From contig NC_068998.1 of the NCBI RefSeq assembly GCF_001194135.2, positions 39,760,898-39,824,897 of the forward strand: a stretch of 64,000 nt of DNA. Direction: 5' to 3'. Both the position numbers and the translations under genes were made by a program. The notes beneath the pieces are model-generated. The model worked only from the letters and a program-made list of their open reading frames with translations. It made no database searches and was not told the DNA's origin. This DNA comes from Octopus bimaculoides. Taxonomy: Eukaryota. This document shows positions 23,801 through 35,232 of this stretch, piece after piece; positions within the stretch are counted from its first letter, which is position 1, and every line of letters starts with the position of its first letter.

Positions 23801-25513
23801 GATACACTCGTGTAGCTATGTCGAAAATAGGATATCATTTTGAAGGAATTTAGTAATTATTTCTAACAGGTCAAATAGTCGCTGAAAGACTCTTGCATGC
23901 CAGCAAAATTAGCCGACACTTGGAAGTCCTAATCAACGTTTCTTTTGTAAAAATTAGTAAATACTGCTAAATTAGTAAACACTGCTAAAAAAAGGATTGA
24001 ATAATCCTTTAAGTTTAATGTTAAGATTGTTTTTTGTATGCAATTTGACATAAAATCAGACACTTATATAATATATATTATACAAGAATTTTATTCGAAC
24101 GAATTAATATTAGTATTTCTTTTTCTTAAGCTTTTGACGAATTGCTAAGTTACGGGGACATAAGCACACCAATACCGATTTTCAAGAGGCAGTGGGATAC
24201 ACGTGTGTGTGTGTGTGTATAGGTGAGGGGGTAAAATGGGGTGTTTTTATGTATTTTTGACTTTGAGACAAAATATATTTTTTTACAAATGTTCACTACC
24301 TTACAAAAACTATATCAGCTAAGCAAATGACCTTCTCTAAATGCATTAAAAATACTGTCACACATTCAGAGCATTATTTCAGAAAACTGTCAGTTCCCTT
24401 TGAGAATATAAAAGACAAATTTAGCTGGGGTAAAATGAGTAGACCAAGATAAGGTAAATTTTTGCCTCTTCAATTCTCCAGAATTACATTTGGAAACAGA
24501 CTCTTGTACAACACTGTCCATCAGAATGATGAGAATTGTAACAAAAAATTTAAATATCCAGGTCAAATGACAGAGGATCATGGTAAAACAGCACATGATA
24601 CGAAATTAACAAGAATCAGCTAAATCAGAAAAGTCAAAATATTCTCTATGGTTTCTTCACTAACTGCTGGAATAGCTGTTCCCGACATATTTACGAACCA
24701 TGAAGAGAAACAATTATTTAAAATAGTCATTACTCATTTTACCCCATTTTAGACATTTTTTTTCTTTAAAAAAATAAATTGAAAATTATGAAATTAGGCA
24801 TTAGGGGGGTGGGGACAAATGACTTAGAATCCAACAGAGAAAAGAATATTGATTGTTAAATACCAAAAATTATCCAGATATTTTGTTAGTAACCTCAATT
24901 ACGATTGGGTCAAAGCTGAAAAAAATTTCTTGAAAAAAAAAAAGTACCTGTCACCTGACTATGTTCCAAATTCTCTCAGCTTTAACAATAACAACTGTGC
25001 TGACTAATTTTTACTCGTAAAGATGATGCAGCAGTACAAAGTTATGATGCAGGACTTGCAATTTCAAACAGGTAAGGAGAAAATAACGAAATCAGAAATT
25101 ACTCATTTTACCCCGCTTACTAATTTTGCACCCCCTTCGATTTATTATACATACACGCACACATATATATACAAATAATTATATATTAGATATATAATAT
25201 GATACATATTATATATAAATAATATATATTAAGTATAAAGAGAGAGAATGATTGCTATGCGTGCATAGGACTGTGTATATATTATACGCACCATAATTTA
25301 TTTTACTGTAAAGAAAACAGGAGATAATAAAAAATCTAACAAAAGCAGCCATATAAACAGTATAAAAGAAAAAAATTCCAAACACTAGGATTTCCGGTGG
25401 TTACTGTTTCATTCGTTATTTATGTTGCTGTAAGCTGCAGTCTTGTAATAGTTCCGTGATATTTTATGGTTAACTTACTCTATATCGTTTATTTTTAATT
25501 AAGCGCTATATAC

Positions 25514-25525
25514 CTTAATTGCCAT
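25514..25525 (-). CDS. Ly6 protein, putative start exon (MAIK)
   Basis: GTC-ATG GCA ATT AAG|GTATAT in phase 0, next to an ETS-type motif. Gives a 133-aa product. Other start exons cannot be excluded. Confidence 0.4.
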
Positions 25526-25537
25526 GACAATTATCTA

Positions 25538-25545
25538 ACTTCCGG
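25538..25545 (-). promoter_or_regulatory. ETS/GABP-type motif CCGGAAGT (second CCGGAAAT at 25390-25397)
   Basis: Motif match just upstream of the putative Ly6 ATG. Function inferred. Confidence 0.35.
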
Positions 25546-25637
25546 CCAGGTGAATCAATGTTTTTTACCTTACTGATCTGATTATAAACAATACCAACAA
25601 CAACTCAGTTTTCATCGACCTTATTCAAGTTTATGCT

Positions 25638-25676
<39 letters not shown>

Positions 25677-25678
<2 letters not shown>

Positions 25679-25922
25679 TAATCTTCAAGTTTAGGGGGAT
25701 AAAAAAATAAATAAAAATATTCAAGGGAAATAACTGAACGACTTACCAGTATTATCCGTTTTCTTCTAGCTGTTTATAAATAAATCACACCCTAACGTCA
25801 ATCAAATCACGTGTGTGATTTATTTATAAACAGAGATGTACGGAGAATACTGGTAAGACGTTCAGTTACTTCCCTTGAATATTTTTATTTATTTTTTTAT
25901 CCCCCTAAACTTGAAGATTACC
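25677..25922. mobile_element. Foldback MITE (about 110-bp arms, about 22-nt loop) inserted in (TA)n
   Basis: Arms are identical for the first ~53 nt (GGTAATCTTCAAGTTTAGGGGG...). Flank phase implies an odd-length TSD (3 or 9 bp), so Harbinger- or Mutator-like rather than Tc1. Confidence 0.85.
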
Positions 25923-25959
<37 letters not shown>

Positions 25960-28674
25960 ATACACATATAAAGAGAGCGAGGGGGCAGTGGGGTTGCCAT
26001 ACGGTTCCGTTTTGAAGGGTCTGCTGCTGTGTACCATCCGGTTAGTATATTTGTCCCGCTTGGTACTGAAATGTCTCGATAATGAATGAAAGACTTACGT
26101 TCTTTCAGAGATAGGGGCTGACTGGGACACTGCTCAGAGGGTTTCCCAGAGCGACCCGAGTAAAAACGGACAAATGATATGTGCAAGGACACGCTGCAAC
26201 CGATGGTAAGTCAGGTTAGATATTGGGACCCATACTCTCGTATGTGACCAGACTCGACTCACCTTATTTGTTTTAAATAATGAGTAGTCACCTAAGCATG
26301 TTCTAGCATTTTGTTTTGAAGATCAGAGTTTTATTATAGGAGAGAAATGGACGCACATTGCGCATCAGGAAAATTATTATAAAAGTTCTTCAAACAAGTA
26401 TCTATACCTATGATACCTCCATAATTTGAAGGTTGTCCCCATTTGATACTTAGACATTATGGCAACCCTCTCTCTCTCTCTCTCCCCCCCCCTCTTTCTG
26501 TGATGCATGTACGTATTCATGCAACTGTGACGATTATATGTAGCAATGATTAACATGAGAGAAACAATAATTGATATGGCCTTTATTTTATCGTTACAGT
26601 ACAGGAATCGTCTTCTTCGAGTTGTTGTACAAGGATAGGTTAAAATCCTACGGTTCATTTTGTAGGTTGTTAAGCTTATCTGTAAGTGATCGCTAGAAGA
26701 TGGATGGAAGAAGGAGAGGGAAAGTAAGAGAATTTACCTCTCTGCATTGACAAGTTGAGAGGGTGACAATTGTGTAGTCCTGTCGTGACGAGTCATTACT
26801 GAAATGTTCCTTTGGGTAAGCACCAAGCGAAAGAGGTGGTATTAAGTTTGGGTACTGTATTTATACATGTTGGAAAGCTGGATGTAGGTTACAGAACAAT
26901 GGAAAGTAATGAATTTATCTCTATTGACTTGGATTTAACCCAAGAATGTTCACTTGAACAATAGAACTTAACTGTGATAGTCGAACCTCATGAATTTGTA
27001 AGTGTTAACGCCGAGAACAATAGGAAGGAACTCGTAGAAAAATCTAGGCTAGGTTTCGAAACTCGGCTAAGAATCTACGAAGCTATTCGCTACATGGTTA
27101 CCAAACGATTTCACTTCAGAAGACGGATGATTGGATGGTGCAGAAGATCTAAATTGTTTAGGTAGGCTTAGATAGAGTATGCAGTTAAATGTTTCAAAGA
27201 AACAGACAACATTACAGCAGTGATTATAAGTAGAAAATGGAAACAGGATTTTCTGTATTGATGAATAAATAATTGCTTATCATTCGAATATCTTCGTTTT
27301 GAATGTTGTCTAGGATGTGAATATGTGTATGGGCATCAATAGCATTGTGCCAGATATGATGTTCAATGGGAAAATATGAATATTTCCAATAAATTAGACT
27401 TTCTACGTTTGTTACGAAAATACTTTAATATCATTTTTAGAGTATGAACTATTTTTTTTTTACATCCTTTCTGGTAGTAGGTAATTTGAAGACAACATTT
27501 AAAAGCTGCTAACGAAATGTTAAACTATTTGTAAAAAACATTTTTTCAAATGGAAAGTAATCATTAAAAAATATTGTTTTATTGACTTTCTCACGAAATA
27601 CCTTAATATCAATAATTATATTACCATCTATACCTCAATCTATCGATTTCTTATAACGTCGTTTATCATACATTTGTAGAAACGACAGGAGGGAAATAGC
27701 AAGATAGCTACGGCTTTATTGTTTCTGCTTGCAGTATATTTGATTTGAGACTGTGCTATTAACCAACACTGTTGTATCATCGTAAAAGTAATTTCCATGA
27801 TTTAAAATACACAAATAAGCTATTACTGCCGTCATTATTACTTTTCCAATTGACTTAAACTTGCAAAGTACCTTCATTGTTAAACCATTGCAATTCTTTA
27901 TCTTGCTGCGTTTGGTTTCCTTCTCCCCATATTTTTTTTCCTTTTTCAATTTTGTGTTCTTTTGTTCTCTTGTTCGTATTCTACATGTTCTGAATGTTGC
28001 ATATAAATGGCAATTTGTGTTATTATATTTCACTACGTATCTTTTTTTCACTTCCAAAAGCACCTATTACTACGAGGATTATTATTTTTTTTTTCTATTA
28101 TCACTCTTCTTATTTTACATGTCCTATATTTCTTGGTCGCTATATTTCAACAGTTTTTCCATTTCTGGATATATCGATCTGTTCAGTTTCGCTCACAGAC
28201 GTTTTAATAATAATTTTTTTTTTAACTAGACACTTTGAAACTTCGTATGCTGGTGCAATTTCTCATGCTCAACATAATTTACTTTCAACATTTTTGACAA
28301 AATTTCGTATTTTAGAAGTTATTTCGTGTTGAAGTTGTCGTATTTGGGTAATTTTTAACCAATCAACGACGTGTATTCAGTTGAAGAAAGCCACAGCTGT
28401 TTCCCATAGTAATCGAAGAGCAACAACTTCCGTGTCTTCTCGACTAAAGGTCATCACTCTGTTCTATTTTATTTTTGTTTACTGCCTGTGTTGCACATTA
28501 CACACTTTTTTTTTCGGTTCCCGCGTCGGAATAACCAGTAAACATCGAAGGATCAACGCCAAGAAGAAAGAAATATTATTAACATATATGTATTCGTTTG
28601 CCCGACATGTAGTGCTCTGGCTGCGTATAAATGGTGTCGAAAGGATGAAATGGACTTTTTCTTTCAATTTTTAT

Positions 28675-29012
28675 TTTTACTTGTTTCAGTTATTAGACTG
28701 CGGCCATGCTGGGGTACTGCGTTGAAGAATTTTTAGTCGAAATAATTGACCCCAGTACTTATTTTTGCTAAGCCTTGTACTTACCCTGTCTCTTCTCTTA
28801 TGCCAAACCGCTAGTTTTACGGGGACGTAAACACACCAATACCGGTTGTCAAGTGGTAGTGGGGGACAAACACACACATGCGACCGGCTTCTTTCAGTTT
28901 CCGTCTGCTAAATCCACTCACAAGGCTTTGTTTAGCCCGTGGCTCCAGTAGAAGACACTCGTCCAAGGTATCACACGGCGGAACTGAGCTCGGAACCACA
29001 CAGCCATGCCTG
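28675..29012 (-). mobile_element. tRNA-derived SINE (family A)
   Basis: Same core and tail as the 11421-11770 copy. Confidence 0.88.
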
Positions 29013-29367
29013 CGTCTGCGTGTAAATGACGAGCAACACTTTGCGAACTATTAACAGAAACTTTATTCACCGCACAAAACATTTTCCATGTTGGTCAGGA
29101 ATTAATAAGACAACAAAACATACACACTGGAAAAGACAATTCTATAAAGTTTGTTAAAAGGCTCTGTGAATTCGCAGCCAAGACTGTAGATAAATTATAC
29201 AAAATTCTTGACTGTAATACTGTCACATGTGCGCGCGCGTTGAATGAGAAGTTAAAACAATTTTCATAGCGGCGATTCCCCGCACTTTTCGACAAGAGGT
29301 GAAATGAATCGGCCGGATTTAGTTTGTAGCAAGACTAGAAACTGTTATAATCCTTTTAATGTTGGCC

Positions 29368-29960
29368 TGTTATTACGCCCACTTCGGTATACAGTATACT
29401 TAGTAAAACCAGTAAAGACACGACTATCTCTGACCGCCTACTATGTACTTTGGTACTTCTTTTTACTTATAGTGACTATGTTATTCCATTCGTCACGTGG
29501 GAGGAGTGCACCATTATTACTAATTCCCTACAACATCTCCCTTTTAAAGTTGTTCCTAGGAAGAATCATTCTGTTTAGCAATAATTTTTTTATTCACTCC
29601 ACTTCCCTTTTTGAGTATTTTTCGCGCTTGGAATCTATTTTCAGGAACTCTGTATGTTTTCTTTTCTTCTCACTTGTACGCCTGGGTTCAATCACCTGCA
29701 GTGGCGTTGGTACTTGGAACGTATCGTACAACCATTCCATCGGTCTCTCCAACTTCTTTGGTTCGCTCTCCACGAATCTCTTTTTCAGTTGGTTCCTGTG
29801 TCTCTTTTGTATACATTTTCTACTTTTTACCTAATACATCATTTTACCTATGCATTTGTTAATTACGCCATCTTCCCAACTCTGCTTTCCATTCTTGTAT
29901 GTCCTCATAGATACCTTTTCATCAACTTTTAAAAATCTTGCTGTCTTTTTTCTTCTTTTT
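29368..29960 (-). mobile_element. Gypsy LTR retrotransposon 3' remnant: integrase C-terminus, PPT and 3' LTR
   Basis: Minus strand reads KVDEKVSMRTYKNGKQSWEDGVINKCIGKMMY*VKSRKCIQKRHRNQLKKRF...MEWLYDTFQVP...PRRTS (stop at 29594-29596). PPT AAAAGGGAGA at 29536-29545 abuts TGTTG...TAACA (LTR about 29368-29535). Confidence 0.8.
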
Positions 29961-30864
29961 TTTTTTGTAACTCAATGGACTGCTTTAGTTTTTCCATACA
30001 TATTCCTTTGATTCACCTGGATACGTCATCAATGGTGTTTCTTGGGGTCATTAGGTGTTTTTGGTCTTTCAACATCAGACATCCACACCCTGGTGAACCA
30101 TCTTGTGTCCAGTTAACATCACACCTGGTAATGCTGCCTCTTTCAGGGCTTGCACCTTCTGATTTACAGCCACTATCATGCAGTTTCCGCTGCCTCCACA
30201 GTCAACCCGATAATCTTCTGACTACTGAACCCTTGTTCAGGGTCATGTAAGCTTATGATTAAAGGCATTCCAGTCGTGACATCCTATCATTTTGGGGCTT
30301 TCTAGGATATTTCCCAATGAGTTCTCTCGTTTTTAAAGATTCTTAGGTGAGTTGAGAGAGATTTGTGGGCTATTGCAGACAAGTGGGGAGTATATTGTTT
30401 TTGTTGGTGATTTTATAGTTTTAAAATATCTTCTCTGTTTCAGCTGGAAATAAAAGAAACAACAAGCCTTGGATATATTAGCGAGAAAAAAAAAAGCTAA
30501 TATGTACAAGGCTTGTTTTCTGCCTATATTACAACGTTCTCTGAATATTCCATCTCGCTCGAAGGACCCAGTTCACAATTCTAACAGAACTCTCTTGAAC
30601 TTTTTCTCTGCCCATGTTTTTACGTTCAACCACCGCTTACTAACAATTCCAATCTAGCATTAACCATGCTAGCATCCTCACTCCGATTTCCTATTTAAAG
30701 TGGAAAAAAAAACCTTGGTATAGTGACACTAGAAAAGCAATATAAAGCCGAAGTTGTCGCCATGCAAAGTTTCAATAGAATTATCTCCCTTAGAATCGAC
30801 TACTCTTTTACGTTGTGAATCACGTTCGCTATGCTAAGTGCAGTTGGCCATCACAGTGAAAAAC

Positions 30865-30927
30865 ATGAATAGTTTAACGAGGCTATTTTATATCTGTCTT
30901 TTCACAGTTTTTGTAACAGTCGTAACT
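30865..30927 (+). CDS. TMEM9: TMEM9 family protein exon 1, signal peptide MNSLTRLFYICLFTVFVTVVT
   Basis: AAAC-ATG, hydrophobic core, donor GTAAGT at 30928 in phase 0. Fits exon 2, which starts AQYED. Confidence 0.85.
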
Positions 30928-31031
30928 GTAAGTTGATATTTATTTGTTTCATTCTTTAATTGTTCTTCAATTTGTACTGAGTAATAATTACTTGACTTTT
31001 TTTTAGCTGTGAATTATTTCATCTGATATCA

Positions 31032-31077
31032 ATGTCAGACGACACTTGTAGCAATCTGGCAAAGTGTCGTCTGACAT
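31032..31077. other. Perfect 16-bp inverted repeat with a 14-nt loop
   Basis: ATGTCAGACGACACTT / AAGTGTCGTCTGACAT. Confidence 0.9.
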
Positions 31078-31336
31078 AGATTTACTAAAATTTGTTACCC
31101 GAATCTTGCTTCAGACTATTTTTGTATATGCAAGTATTTTATTGGCCCAGTCTCTAATTGTGTAGAATCTATCATTCATTTGCTCTTTATTTCTTTTTTT
31201 TTTCCTTTTTAAAACACAACAAAAGTATATAAACCTTATTTATAATTTTTACATCATCACGACGTCGAAGACTAAATCTTTACCCTTTTGTGCTGCTTTC
31301 CTGGCAAAAAAATCTCTCTTTACCCTTTTCTTAACT

Positions 31337-31392
31337 TTAACTGTAATTAGGTTTCGTCTGGTTGTTACCAGACGAAACTTAATTACAGTTAA
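31337..31392. other. 26-bp inverted repeat with a 4-nt loop (one G-U pair)
   Basis: TTAACTGTAATTAGGTTTCGTCTGGT-TGTT-ACCAGACGAAACTTAATTACAGTTAA. Confidence 0.9.
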
Positions 31393-34289
31393 CAAAACAA
31401 AAATTTATCAAACGCACAACAATAACAGATTGTTATGTCAGAATACGAAAATATTCGTAATCCTTTTCTCTGAAACCATAGGAATTTATCGAGCGAACAA
31501 GAAAATGGGGCTCAGCGAATCCTTTGACCTGTGAGAAATAGCAACCAAATTCTTTAAATGACACCCTATTTTTTTGAGGAAAAAAAAAAGGAAAGATGCA
31601 TTGGAGAATGTAGAACCTGTAGCAAGAACAACTTTTAATAACATGAAGGTGCTCCTTTCGGGGTGTCCATAAAACAAGCACTAGTTGAGCACTGGGGTCA
31701 GTGTAATCGACTTACCCTCTCCCCCGAAATTGTGCCAAAATTTTAAATTAATATGTCGGTGCTCATCAACTTAAAGGGTTTCCAGAAGAATCATGGGGAG
31801 GTAATCAATCAGGCTCTATATAACTAAAATAGCCTTTCCTCCCCCTATACTTTTTGTAAATCACGGGGTTTGTGTTGGTTAAAAGGAATTGTATATATTC
31901 AAATATACTGCTTTAAAATAAAATCTTGGAGCACAATAAAATTAATAAAGGTTAATATTTACAAGTACACCGGCACGAAAATTCGACCTTTTAAAAAAAA
32001 AATTTTTTTTTCTTAAATAATGATTAAAGAAAGGTTGATAATTAAAGACGGCTAAAGTACATTAAAAATCTAAAATATTTAGTATCATTTTCCAAATTGT
32101 TTTTCTCTTCTTACAGACAACAATCGGCATGTGTTTATATGTGAACAATACTTAATTAGTTTTAACTGTTAACTAGGAAAAAATATTGTGTGGCATGTAA
32201 GCAATTACTTATCAAGTGATTTGGATGAATTCATCTGATGTAAATTACAGAAAAAGTTATACCCCGATCTGTTTATGTAACCGTATTCCATAAGTTGATG
32301 GAATTAAATACTCTAGCTACTAAATTACAAGAAAAAAACAACCAATCTGTTTATTAAACTATAAATTATGTTTATGAACAATTTTTTCTTCTGATAACAT
32401 TTATGTGTATTTTGTATACATAAAGTTTGATCGAAGAGAAATTTCTAAATTTCTCGTCCGATTCTAAAGGTTTTTTTTCTTTCTTTTATTCAAAGAATTG
32501 GCTGCATCGCAATTATCACACCTTGTCTTGTCTACTGATCCTATCAGTGGATGCGTACCCACCCATATGCTTGGACAGAGTTGACTGGGGCTAGATAACA
32601 TGTTTAGAATGAGAGAGAGAGAGAGGATGAGGATGAGGATGAGGAGTTATAGTACAATACTACATGGAAGCTATAATAAAATTGGATATATTACAATGTC
32701 TAGTTTCCTAAGATTATTCTTGTTAGTTCAGACTACAATCTTGGGGGCCAAATAAAATACATACTGACAGCCAAGCCTATGCGGTCGTTTGACTTGTTAG
32801 ATATTACAATCATATCTGAGTCGATTTCACAAAGAATAAATTTCTCTATTGGTCTGGAAACCAGAATCAATCTCATCAAACGTCTCTTATATAATAGTTT
32901 GATATTTGGTCAAAAGAAATACCCCTCCCCCTCTCTCTCTCTCTATCTATCTATATGTGTGTGTGTAATAAGCATATATTAGTTATGCTGTTATTGTTTA
33001 GCCCCTGGTCAGCCCTGATCTGGAAGAGTTGTAAATCATACTAAGAACTACTATCTGGATGAGTGGATGTGATAGATAAAATATATGGCAGCAATAGCAA
33101 CAGAATCTCATTAAAATCACACCCTACTAACTGTGAATGCATAAAAAAACCTCCCAGAAAATACTTTAGAGAATCTGCTGTCCCAGATCAAAAAAATACT
33201 AGATGGTCATGGCTGGAATGCCATTGATAATCCTATGTAATCATAATGTTCACATGAAGCTTAGGAACAACATTTATAAGTAGTAGTGCTGTAAATTGAT
33301 GTATTGAATTACAGAGGCATCAATAAGTGGAACTGTTCAGTGTTAAGGAATTTCTCAATAGAGAATGTAGAAGCATATTTAATGAATCAATGAGAGAGCT
33401 CTGTACTTTTGGCAGGCATTCCTATTAGAGATAACTGCTAAGTCTCCCTCAAATTAAACCCTACTGTCTTGAAAAGAGAGGGACACATTGCACAATGCTG
33501 TCCCATATCCGAGAGAAGAATGAGATGGGCATAGCTGGAGTGTCTTTGATCATGGGTCTGCTCAGTCTAAGCCTGCTCTTAGGCTAAACAATGACAATAG
33601 TAACTTGTTCATTTATGAGATGACAAGGTTGCCTGTTTTAGATTACTTAAACTGCACAGTATAATGGTGAAGTATACTTCTTTACCATATAGCTATACCT
33701 GTTCCCAATATTATGTATTCTTTGCATTAATATCTATTAATTTCATCCAACTCTTCATTTAACAGCAGTTGGCTGGTTATATTGTGTAAAATAAAAACAT
33801 TTTTAAATGCTGGTATATGGAGGGCATTGTGAATGAAAGGTGTCAACCAATGATGAAGGGGTTTTTCTATTATTCTCAAACGCCTAGTGCAGTTGCCAAC
33901 TGTTTGAGATTTTACTATCAGAAATAGTCATCAACAGAGACATAGTGACTTCATAGGCTAGGAAAATGAAGTTTATTATGTTAATTTCTTTCTTAAAAGC
34001 ATTTGTGCAATAAATAAAATAACTACACTGGGAGAATTGACTTTAGCCCATGGAATCAGTTTGTTGGGAATGTACAGCTTGTCGTTTATGACTGTGCACC
34101 CTATGAATTATTGAGGTAACCTTTAGGTGAAGGCCCAACCTGCTTGAAACCTCCATTAAATGACAAGATGGTCTTAATTGAAATGATCAACCCCTGACAT
34201 GAAAACATAATCAAAAGCATTGATTCCAGATGTGATCACCCAATCTTTAAGTTTTAGGCTATGCAGGAATACATTGTTTAATGTCTTTT

Positions 34290-34715
34290 CCATATTTAAG
34301 ATAGTAAGAGCATAATGTGTGAGAGATTTTACTGCTATTTTTAGTAGACAAAATTACCATGTTCAGACTTCCTCTTAATTGGAAATTTATGTGTGATTGC
34401 TTTTAAACACTCGTCCTGGGTTTATAAACCTTCAAGGAAACCAGTTGGACCTGCCTCAAATAATATCAGATTTTCTTGATATGTGATCAGCCTGGTGCAC
34501 TTTTGATCAGATGTCAGAAGATGTGGCACCCATTGAGCAGAAACCTTTATCATGCCAAGTTTATTGTGCTGAATATTCTCAACTATCTCACAAGATATGC
34601 TAATAGCATTGGCTATTTGATTTATTGTCAATCACTTGTCATCCATCAACATGTGGTGAATATGATCAATGTTTTCCTCAGTGGTGGCAGTTGCTGGACG
34701 AAACATTGAAATGAA
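34290..34715 (-). mobile_element. Mariner transposase fragment
   Basis: RPATATTEENID...TINQIANAISIS...KVSAQWVPHLLTSDQK motif. TIRs not found. Confidence 0.8.
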
Positions 34716-35191
34716 TGCATATAAGATTTCACAACTCCAGCATTAATCTGTTGTAGTGCTGTTATACTACTCTCTGTTTCTTTCTCTTTCTAATACTGTA
34801 GGAAAAAATGAGTTTCTTATCCTCATGATATATTTGTGTGTGTGCATACACACACACACACACACAAAGTGGATGGACTAAAAACGAAGAAAATATTGTT
34901 ACATAAGGTTCAAGGTTATGACTGTTTCAAATGGCTTGATGAACTGTTTCATCACTATATAATTAATTGATTAATTAATGAAACAGTTAGCCCTCAACCA
35001 ATCTTGTCAGACCTTAAATTCATGATAGATTTTCAGTTTCCAACAAACATGTATTGTAGTTATAAACATCAAGAACTCTTCATTCGGATAATACAGTAGA
35101 AAATGTAGATGACCGACATATCCGATTATTACCTTCCTTGATTTAGTATAAACTATTTGTTGTGTGTACAGCTGTTGTAGAACTGTTATGC

Positions 35192-35230
<39 letters not shown>

Positions 35231-35232
35231 TA

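Noticed and set aside
29304-29834. 176-aa hydrophobic ORF
   Set aside because: Antisense shadow of the purine-rich Gypsy integrase tail and LTR.
32117-32196. Exon-like segment as TMEM9 exon 1 or cassette
   Set aside because: 80 nt with stops; it breaks the frame, and 30865-30927 already supplies the signal peptide.
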